This document shows, in pieces, positions 56,501 to 64,000 of a DNA stretch of 64,000 nucleotides. The DNA comes from an uncultured delta proteobacterium (lineage in GTDB: Bacteria > Desulfobacterota > Binatia > UBA9968). Every line of letters begins with the position of its first letter. Within the stretch, counting starts at the first letter, position 1. The stretch is taken from assembly GCA_963755715.1 (NCBI GenBank), contig CAVWLW010000024.1, positions 128,001 to 192,000 on the forward strand, written 5' to 3'. Under the pieces are notes generated by a model, which saw only the letters and a program-made list of their open reading frames with translations, was not told the origin of the DNA and did not search any database. Position numbers and translations under genes: made by a program.

Positions 56501-57358
56501 ATGGCGCTTCAAGAATTACACTCCAGCGGCAAGATACAGTGGCCGGGTGATGCCCGGATCGCGGTTTTCTTAAGCTTCGATTTTCAGGGCGGCGAAGACG
56601 TGAAGCCGGATAAGAACGGCCGGATCAATCACGAGGAATACACCCAGGGCGAATACGGACCCAACACGGGGATTTGGCGGATTTTGCGCATCCTCGCTTC
56701 ACACGAAGTCAAAGCGACGTTTCTCACCTGCGGCGGCATCGCCGAACGTTATCCCGAGGCGGTGGCGGCGATCGTCGCTCAAGGTCACGAAGTCGCCGGC
56801 CACGGTTATCATCACGAAGTGGCACGCGATCTCGCGAAGGACGAAGAACGGGACGTGATCAAGCGGACCACGGACATGATTCTCAACCGTACCCAGAAGC
56901 GGCCGTTCGGCTGGCGTTCGTGCACGCAGAGTCCGAACAGCTTGGAGTTGCTCTTGGAGCAGGGCTATCTGTGGAACAGCAATTCATTCTCGCACGACCT
57001 GCCCTTCCTTTGGCAAAACGGCAAAAAGAAACTGGTCGAGTTGCCGCGCCAACCGTTCGGCGACGGGCGCACCTACGGTCATCGCGATTCAGGAAATCCC
57101 AACGATACGCTGGTGGTTTGGAAGGCGATGTTCGATCAGTTCTACGAGGAGTCGAGCCTGGCGCCGACGTTCTGCCCGTTCCAATTTCATCCATACATTT
57201 CGAGCCGGCCCGGTCGAGCGAAGACTCTTTCGGATATCATCGGTCACATGAAGTCGCACAAGGGTGTGTGGTTCGCCACCGGCAGCGAAGTGGCGCACTG
57301 GTGGTTGGAAAAAGGTTTCTCAGCGGAAAGCAGTGCGAAGATCTCGAAAGTGGCGTAA
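56501..57358 (+). CDS. Polysaccharide deacetylase family protein (PuuE-like)
   Basis: WPGDARIAV, YGPNTGIWRIL, HEVAGHGYHH, HPYISSRP. Confidence 0.85.
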   Translation: MALQELHSSGKIQWPGDARIAVFLSFDFQGGEDVKPDKNGRINHEEYTQGEYGPNTGIWRILRILASHEVKATFLTCGGIAERYPEAVAAIVAQGHEVAGHGYHHEVARDLAKDEERDVIKRTTDMILNRTQKRPFGWRSCTQSPNSLELLLEQGYLWNSNSFSHDLPFLWQNGKKKLVELPRQPFGDGRTYGHRDSGNPNDTLVVWKAMFDQFYEESSLAPTFCPFQFHPYISSRPGRAKTLSDIIGHMKSHKGVWFATGSEVAHWWLEKGFSAESSAKISKVA

Positions 57359-57379
57359 ACAAAATTGGATTTGCGAGTG

Positions 57380-57415
57380 ACACAAGGGCGCAGCATGCTG
57401 CGCCCTTGTGTTTTT
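57380..57415. terminator. Perfect palindrome plus T tract between convergent genes
   Basis: acacaagggcgcagcatgctgcgcccttgtgt-tttt. Confidence 0.7.
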
Positions 57416-58089
57416 ACGACCTAAACCAATAACGAATTTTCTTTCTCAACCCCCGCCCCATCCGCCTTTTCAGCTCGAACCAGATGCGCAAAGACCAGTT
57501 GCGCGAAAACCACGCTAAGGAAGTCGACGTGGTGATCCACTGATGATTGAACTCGAAGTCGGCTTTGAATTTCCGTATTTGCAGCGTCTTACCGAATTTT
57601 CTTTTGAAGATCGCCTTGACGCTGACGGTATTGCGCGTCTCGACGAACACCGTGATGGTCTCGACGGGTAGGAGCGTGCGGACGCGCGCGATTTTTTGCG
57701 CTAGCGCCACTTCGTTCTTACCGGTGATCTCGACGATGTTGGCGAGAAGCTCCGGTTCCTGGAGCGTTTGCTCGACGATGGCTCGGCGCAGTTTGATTTC
57801 TTGACCCTGGTCGATGTCATAGCCGGCGATCACGAAATAGGTTTTGTGCTTCGAGGTCTGCATGGATTTTTGCCACCAGTCGAGGGCTCGGTCCATGCAG
57901 ATGCCCGAGGCCTGGGAAAGCCGTTGCGCGTCCAAGACGCCGTACGGCATGGCGACGATTACGATGGAAATGGCGCTTCTCCTTTGCTCGAAGGCTGGAT
58001 CGGTTTTAAGGCTCGTAGATCCTTACGCTGCGGACCAGCCGCTGTTGTGCGGCACATGGGCCTTGGCGGATGGTGTTCATTGTGGTCAT
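57414..58089 (-). CDS. Hypothetical protein, probable frameshift near 58010
   Basis: 178-aa ORF 57414..57950; GAAGGAG RBS and ATG at 58089 in another frame. Confidence 0.5.
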
Positions 58090-58117
58090 TTCTCCTTCGT
58101 CGGTTGCGCGGCGGTGT

Positions 58118-59143
58118 CTAGCGGTTTTTGTACAGCGAATCGACGAAGCCGCTGGTTACCAGCTCGCGGATGAATTTTGATTCGGCGAACCGTTGCGGCG
58201 GGATGCCGGTGGGTAGGGGACGGCTGGCGGCAATTTCTTCGAGGATGGTTTGGATTGCCTCCGGCGTGGCTTCGGGGGCACGCTTGAAATATTTGGTCGC
58301 ATAGATCTCGTAGATCTTTTCCACGCCGGGCGAGCTCTTTTGCTTTGTGTATTTCTCCAACACGGCGAGCGCAGCCGACTTATCGGTCTTAAAACGATGG
58401 ATGCCTTCCACGTAGGCTTTCATGAAGCGGGTGACCAAATCCGTTTGGCTTTTCAGGAAAGCTTGGCGCGCCGCAAACGGGCCGAAGGGATAAACCAGAC
58501 CCGACGCGGAAACATCGGCGAGGCGAACATAGCCTGCGGCTTCGGCGTTGAGCGTTTCCGGGCCGGTGGAGAGCACGCCGCTCTGCACCGAGCCGCCTTT
58601 CAATGCGGCGAAGACTTGGGGTCCCGAGCCGGTTTGAAAAATGGCGACTTCTTTGTCGGGTTGAAGATTCCATTTTTTTAATAGATAGCGTGCCACGAAA
58701 TCCGTAGTGGCGCCGATCCGGCTGACGCCGAGCTTGGTGCCCTTGAGTTGCTCCGGTTGTTTGATGCTCGGAATCGACCATAGCTCGAACGGCAACGAAT
58801 CGATGCTCGCGCCGAGCAACACGACGTCCGAGCCTTGCAAATTTGCCGCTACCGTCGCGCCGCCCGCCGTGAAAGAGATCGCGACATCACCCGCGATCAG
58901 CGCTTGCAGCGACGGCGGCCCACCGGCGATATAAATAAACTCCGGCTCGATATGGTATTTTTTGAAGAGTCCGGCTTCCTTTGTAAGCCAGAGCGGGCCG
59001 TAGACAAGCGCGATCGAAGTGTAAGCGATGCGCAGAGGCTCGGCCTGCGCCGCCGCGGCGTAAATCAAAAGTATTATCGAGAGCAGCCACTGCGCTACTC
59101 TTCGGCGCTTCAAGAGCCGGACGACGAGCGTGAGTTTCCGCAT
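58118..59143 (-). CDS. NMT1/THI5-like substrate-binding protein
   Basis: AGLFKKY, LKGTKLGVSRIG, FIRELVTSGFVDSLY. Confidence 0.88.
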   Translation of the reverse strand: MRKLTLVVRLLKRRRVAQWLLSIILLIYAAAAQAEPLRIAYTSIALVYGPLWLTKEAGLFKKYHIEPEFIYIAGGPPSLQALIAGDVAISFTAGGATVAANLQGSDVVLLGASIDSLPFELWSIPSIKQPEQLKGTKLGVSRIGATTDFVARYLLKKWNLQPDKEVAIFQTGSGPQVFAALKGGSVQSGVLSTGPETLNAEAAGYVRLADVSASGLVYPFGPFAARQAFLKSQTDLVTRFMKAYVEGIHRFKTDKSAALAVLEKYTKQKSSPGVEKIYEIYATKYFKRAPEATPEAIQTILEEIAASRPLPTGIPPQRFAESKFIRELVTSGFVDSLYKNR

Positions 59144-59239
59144 CGGCTTTTTCCGTGTTTGCAATCTGTAAGTTAGATTGCCAATCCTGTCAAGCAAATG
59201 AGCCAGGGATTGAACACCTCAATCGTCGGATTAAAGAAG

Positions 59240-59263
59240 AGGGCGACCGCCGGTCGCCCCTAC
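59240..59263 (-). repeat. GTAG-class REP palindrome
   Basis: Reverse complement gtaggggcgaccggcggtcgccct. Confidence 0.7.
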
Positions 59264-59312
59264 ACCTTTTTCGGCAGGCGCACGAGGAATTGAACCGAAT
59301 CGATCAGCAATT

Positions 59313-60575
59313 TCAGCCGCGAAAATATTCTTTAAACCCCGTCACCATGAGATTGGCCAGGCGTTCATTGTAACTTTCGACGTGACCGTAGTGGGTGAGT
59401 TGCGGCACCACGATCAAACGCAAGGCGTCGGCAAACGGCGCAAATTTTTTGAACGCGTAGACTTCGCGGCGAAATTCGAGGCCCTTTTCTCCGCCTTCGA
59501 TCCAATGTCCCTTGTCGTTCTCGCCGACGATGTGGAGCAGCTTTTTGCCGCGCAAGCGGTTCAAATCCGATTTATAGGTGATGAACAATTCTTCGTCGGG
59601 CAACCCGGAAAGTTTTTTGATGTCGGGCAGCAGCACGTCGTGGGCGCTGTGCTCGATGTCCTGTAAAAATGGCTTGAATTGAGGACGGCGATGATTCTCG
59701 AGCTCGAACCATCGCTCCACGCTGCCCCACGGCTGATTCGGTCCGACATAGCCGCTCTTGGCGTAACCTTTGGGCGAGCGGCGGCTTAGATCGGTGAGAT
59801 TGCGAAATCGTGCGGCGCGTTCTTCGGGCGATTTCTTCGCGCAGGCCAAGTCCCATTCTTTGCGCACCCAGGCCGGCATGCCGGTGCCGAAGCCGAGGCC
59901 GCCGATGAGTTTATTCTTCAAGCCGTACTGTTCCATCAGATAGAAATATTCGCCGCCCGTCGAATGGCCCCACATGAAGATCGCTTCTTTGAGATTTTTC
60001 TCGACCAGGGCTTTGATCGCTTCCGTGCACATTCTGAAGGTATAGACGGCGAGACGATTCTTGAGCTCCGAATCGCTCGGAATCTCGCCGATGACGAACT
60101 CCGGCCTGCGCTCGGCGATCGGCGGCCAGGGTTTGCGGCTGTAGTGGCCGGGGAGCGAGATCGCCAGAACCGGAATGCCGAGTGACGCGATATGCTGCGC
60201 CATGCCGACCCGCGCTTTTGCAGGATCGGTCTTTGTCAGGTCGGGATATTCCTCGGGGCCGTCCGGCGTAAAAATAAATTCGTACTCGTTAACAGCGCCG
60301 CCGTGAATCATCACTACGGCCATGTCGGGAATGGAAAGTCTTGCCGGCGTAAACAGCCGGCCGTGAATGTCCCACTGAAATAACTCGCCGGGTTTGTCCG
60401 GATTGGCATAACGGCGAATACTTTCCTGAACCTCTTTAATTGCGACGGCCGTGCGCGGAAACGGATCGGGAAAAGTTTTATAGTCGTCGAAGGGCATGTA
60501 GTAAATGAATTCGTCTTTGAGACCGGCGCCGGTTTTCAGCGCCGCGATTAGGTTGCTCATTGCGGCTTGGCTCAT
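59313..60575 (-). CDS. Alpha/beta hydrolase-fold hypothetical protein
   Basis: MIHGG, SLPGH, WGHSTGG, GEND, THYGH. Confidence 0.65.
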   Translation of the reverse strand: MSQAAMSNLIAALKTGAGLKDEFIYYMPFDDYKTFPDPFPRTAVAIKEVQESIRRYANPDKPGELFQWDIHGRLFTPARLSIPDMAVVMIHGGAVNEYEFIFTPDGPEEYPDLTKTDPAKARVGMAQHIASLGIPVLAISLPGHYSRKPWPPIAERRPEFVIGEIPSDSELKNRLAVYTFRMCTEAIKALVEKNLKEAIFMWGHSTGGEYFYLMEQYGLKNKLIGGLGFGTGMPAWVRKEWDLACAKKSPEERAARFRNLTDLSRRSPKGYAKSGYVGPNQPWGSVERWFELENHRRPQFKPFLQDIEHSAHDVLLPDIKKLSGLPDEELFITYKSDLNRLRGKKLLHIVGENDKGHWIEGGEKGLEFRREVYAFKKFAPFADALRLIVVPQLTHYGHVESYNERLANLMVTGFKEYFRG

Positions 60576-60761
60576 TTGTTTTCTCCTATATTTGCGATCG
60601 GGTTTTTGAAATTATATGGGGCTGAACACCGATCATTGTCAACATGACACATGAAACTCTGAGGAGTTCGGTCTAAAGCGGATGTTTGAAAAGCGCGCAC
60701 GCACTTGATGGTCCGCGCGATTCTGGGTTAAAGAAACAGTAACACTTCGGAGGAGGTTTGG

Positions 60762-61863
60762 ATGGCAGAAAGCATTACGCGTCCGTCGTACGAAAAAGTC
60801 GAGCGCAAGGTGGAGGTGATGGACACCCCGTACGATCGTTGGATCAGCTCCCAAGGGGTCGATGTGGTTCGCGGGTTTTTCGTTGAAGATCTTTACACCA
60901 TACCGCTCAAGCCATGGGACCGCATGGGCGGCACCGGCGTCTACATCATGCTAGATGGAACCGGTTATCTCGACGATGCCTACGTGGTCGGGATTCCTCC
61001 GGGCAAGAACCTCAAGCCGCAGCGCCACATTTACGAAGCGCTTTATTACGTGCTCGACGGTCGCGGCGCGACCACGGTATGGCAGAGCAACGGCGCCAAG
61101 CAGAGCTTCGAATGGCAGACCGGTAGTTTGTTTGCGATTCCGCTCAACGCTTCCTACCAGCACTTTAACGGCCAGGGCGACAGAGAGGCGCGCCTGCTCG
61201 CAGTCACGACGGCGCCGCTGGTTTTCAATTTGTTTCACTGCGAAGACTTCGTGATCAACAATCCCTATGCCTTCACCGACCGCTTCAAAGGCGAGGACGG
61301 TTACTTCGCCGGCAGCGGCAAGCTCTACAGCGACCGCGTGGTTGAAACCAATTTTGTTGCGGATGCGATCAACATCGAGCCGGTGGCGTGGACCGAAAGA
61401 GGCAAGGGCAACGCGACGATCTTCTTCGAAATGTCGGAGAGCATGATGGGCTCCCACGTTTCCCGCTTCCCCGTCGGCGTCTACAAGAAGGCACACCGGC
61501 ATGGTCCCGGCGCGCATGTTTTCATACTTACGGGGAAGGGCTATTCGCTGCTTTGGCCCGAGGGAGAAAAGATGACCCGCGTCGATTGGAAGCGCGGCTC
61601 GATCGTGGTGCCGCCCGAAGGTTGGTTCCATCAGCACTTTAATTCGAGCGCCGAACCGGCGCGTTATTTGGCGCTGAAAATCCTCAGCCGGAAATACAAA
61701 CTGCAGCCGGGAAAAATCCAGTCCGACGTGCCGTTGGCTTTCGGCGGCTGGCAAATCGAATACGAAGATGAAGATCCGATCATTCGTCAAGACTTTCGAA
61801 CAGGAGTGCGCCAAGTCCGGCGCTGAAGTAAAGATGCCGTCACTGGCTAAAGCGGCCAATTGA
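60762..61863 (+). CDS. Bicupin protein (gentisate dioxygenase-like fold), frameshift near 61790
   Basis: QRHIYE..YVLDGRG, AHRHGPG, WFHQHFN; corrected C-terminus ...FEQECAKSGAEVKMPSLAKAAN*. Confidence 0.8.
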
Positions 61864-61932
61864 CAACATGACGGCCTTTCTTAATAATAATGTATAAGAG
61901 CGCTAAAACGTTTGCTTTCTAAGGAGACACCC

Positions 61933-62763
61933 ATGCTGAAGCCGATAGGACTTACCGAAGGACATTACGAATGCCGGTCATTGGACGAAACGCTGCCGAT
62001 CTTTACCGATCTTCTAGCCGCGCAAGTCATCGAGCGCACCGAAAAGCAGGCGGTCGTCAAACATCCGAATACGGCGTGGCGTCTGGTGATTCACCAAGCC
62101 GGACCGGATTCCAAAAATAAACCGCACACCAACCATTATGGTTTTCGCGTCGCGACCTCGAAAGAAATTCCCAAGGCGCACCAATACATTTCCGATCACA
62201 AGGCGCAGTACAAGATCAAAAGCGTCACGGCGCCGCACGAGGCCCATTTCGCTTATTCGATCTATTTCAAAGAGCCGGGCGGCAATGACCTCGAAATCGA
62301 ATACTACAATCCGGGAGCAAGCAAACATGGCCGGCAGAACGCCGCGACGCACTGGACCACGCCGTTGACGGAAGCAGATTTTCCCGGCAGAGGCTACATT
62401 CCCCAGGCGATGAGCCACGGCACGCTGAATTGCGACGATAAAGAGGCGAGCGACAAGTTTCTGGCGAACGTGCTGGGGTTATCGATCATCGGCGGCGGGC
62501 GCATGTCGACCTACATCAGTGTGCCGAATATGGGGCCGTGGTACGTCGTGGTGCTGCCGACGCCCCATCGCGATTATCTCTCGGAGGCGAATCGGTTTAC
62601 TCTGCAGGTGGCGACGCCGGAAGAAGTCGAAGATGCCCACAAAGAGTTCTCGGCCAAAGGCAAAGAGCTCGGTGTGACGGAGCTTCGCGAGCTCCAGACC
62701 AATGGCAAGGCGCACTTTTTACTGAGCGACATCAGCAAGAACTGGTGGGAAATCACCTCGTAA
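61933..62763 (+). CDS. VOC family protein
   Basis: AAGGAG RBS; NHYGFRV, YFKEPGGNDLEIE, SHGTL, NWWEI. Confidence 0.8.
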   Translation: MLKPIGLTEGHYECRSLDETLPIFTDLLAAQVIERTEKQAVVKHPNTAWRLVIHQAGPDSKNKPHTNHYGFRVATSKEIPKAHQYISDHKAQYKIKSVTAPHEAHFAYSIYFKEPGGNDLEIEYYNPGASKHGRQNAATHWTTPLTEADFPGRGYIPQAMSHGTLNCDDKEASDKFLANVLGLSIIGGGRMSTYISVPNMGPWYVVVLPTPHRDYLSEANRFTLQVATPEEVEDAHKEFSAKGKELGVTELRELQTNGKAHFLLSDISKNWWEITS

Positions 62764-62788
62764 AATAACCGCCGGAGTTTAAAATTCT

Positions 62789-62828
62789 AACGCCGCTAGC
62801 GAATGATTCGCTAGCGGCGTTTTTATTT
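62789..62828 (+). terminator. Rho-independent terminator
   Basis: aacgccgctagcgaat-g-attcgctagcggcgtt followed by a T-rich run. Confidence 0.8.
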
Positions 62829-62889
62829 CTGTGGCCCATTCAGAAACAGGTTTTCACTTGCGCCAGAGTGGCGCGCGTATGGCGGTTGT

Positions 62890-63381
62890 TTAACCGGCTT
62901 GCGGCTTGCCGCGCTTGTCGTGCGAGCGCAGGAAAAGATCATAGAACGATGCGATGCTGCGTTCTTCCATCTCCGGGTGACCGTCTCTGTTGTGCGAGAG
63001 TAACGTTAGGCTGAGTTGTCTCTTTTGCAACTCCAACAACACGGCGCCGTTGAGCTCTAAGTAGTATCCGACCGTGCGCAGTGTATTGGCTAAGCCGTAG
63101 AAATCGGGCAGACGATTGGGCTGTGTTCGATGCGCCCGTCCCTGGCGCTCGAGCTGGTCGATATCCTGGCTGGTAAAAGTCAGTGATCCGTTGAGTCCTT
63201 CGCTGCGCCGTCGCTGCTGCCATTGACGCAGCGCCCCGAGCATCGAGGTTTCCTTTTCAGGCTCGCCCTTGACGACAAATTGGTCGCCGCGACAGCTCAT
63301 TTCAAAAACGGTGATCCGTTGGGCTTCGAGCGACTGCCCGATCGAGCGAAGTTGTTGGCGGTACGATTTGAGATTTTCCAT
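62890..63381 (-). CDS. Hypothetical protein with internal duplication
   Basis: LRSIGQSLE and LRTVGYYLE half-repeats. Confidence 0.65.
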   Translation of the reverse strand: MENLKSYRQQLRSIGQSLEAQRITVFEMSCRGDQFVVKGEPEKETSMLGALRQWQQRRRSEGLNGSLTFTSQDIDQLERQGRAHRTQPNRLPDFYGLANTLRTVGYYLELNGAVLLELQKRQLSLTLLSHNRDGHPEMEERSIASFYDLFLRSHDKRGKPQAG

Positions 63382-63543
63382 AAAAGTTCGTCGTTAGCCG
63401 ATTTATACGTGTCCGACCGATGCGCGTTCATAGCATTCCACCGCCTGGTCCACAAGCCCCGAAACGGCCAACTTTCTTGACAAGAATTGGCACGAAACGT
63501 AAGGTGAATCTTTACTAAAGGTCTGGTTTGCACGGAGGCATTC

Positions 63544-64000
63544 ATGGCACGACCGGAGAGAATCGGCAGATCCCAGAGCGCGGTCAGCTACCGCGGTTTA
63601 CGCGACTGGCTCGACCAGGTGGAAAAACTCGGCGAGTTACTCAAAGTCAACGGCGCCCACTGGGACCGCGAGATGGGCAGCGTCACACAGATGCTCACGG
63701 AAAGCGGCAAGGGCAAAGCCCCCGCTATTTTATTCGACGAAGTGCCCGGTTATGCCAAAGGCTACCGCACGCTCTACGGCCAATTCTCCACTATCAAACG
63801 GGTTGCGCTCACTTTGGGCTTACCGCTCGAATACGAGCACAAAGCCGACATCGTCAAAGCGTATCACCACGTCATGACCGACATGAAGATGCTCAAGCCC
63901 AAAATGGTCAAGACCGGCCCCATCTTCGATAACGTTCTAGAAGGCGACCAAGTCGACGTGCTCAAGCTCCCCGTACCGATCCATCACCAAGCCGACACCC
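63544..64000 (+). CDS. UbiD family (prFMN) decarboxylase, N-terminal part
   Basis: GGAGG RBS; manual translation LRDWLDQVEKLGELLKV..HWDREMG...APAILFDEVPGY...VDVLKLPVP. Confidence 0.85.
   Translation, partial: MARPERIGRSQSAVSYRGLRDWLDQVEKLGELLKVNGAHWDREMGSVTQMLTESGKGKAPAILFDEVPGYAKGYRTLYGQFSTIKRVALTLGLPLEYEHKADIVKAYHHVMTDMKMLKPKMVKTGPIFDNVLEGDQVDVLKLPVPIHHQADT

Noticed and set aside
63487-63505. Sigma54 promoter upstream of ubiD
   Set aside because: TGGCACG is present but the -12 TTGC element is missing

Overview
GC-rich bacterial chromosome segment. The gene style (many orphan NMT1/THI5-type binding proteins, deltaproteobacteria-like yebC-ruvCAB and rpsU-yqeY-cvpA-dnaG-rpoD blocks) suggests a Candidatus Binatia-like organism; this is inference only. 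Layout: (1) 1-11.3 kb uptake/catabolic genes (Rieske oxygenase, GMC oxidoreductase, TctBAC, Tat amidohydrolase, GNAT, MBL-fold, two binding proteins); (2) 11.5-36.2 kb housekeeping genes (acnA, rlpA, yebC, ruvCAB, NtrY-like kinase, receiver domain + lpxC, queG, ispA, dxs, tlyA, GDPD, rpsU, yqeY, cvpA, dnaG, rpoD, tRNA-CAT); (3) 36.2-42 kb AT-richer decayed island with an integrase remnant and small orphan ORFs; (4) 42-64 kb metabolic genes (ald, two stand-alone carboxyltransferases, DUF1989, Ldh_2, VOC, PuuE-like, cupin, UbiD). Many genes, including rpoD and dxs, carry single-base frameshifts that are most likely assembly errors. Two observations stand out. First, an NtrY-type kinase is followed by an NtrX-like receiver domain that runs into an intact LpxC (probable REC-LpxC fusion, implying phospho-control of lipid A synthesis). 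Second, a family of short non-coding elements with fixed asymmetric ends carries an inverted-repeat pair inside and inserts precisely, without target duplication, into arms of the same kind of repeat, producing nested structures.
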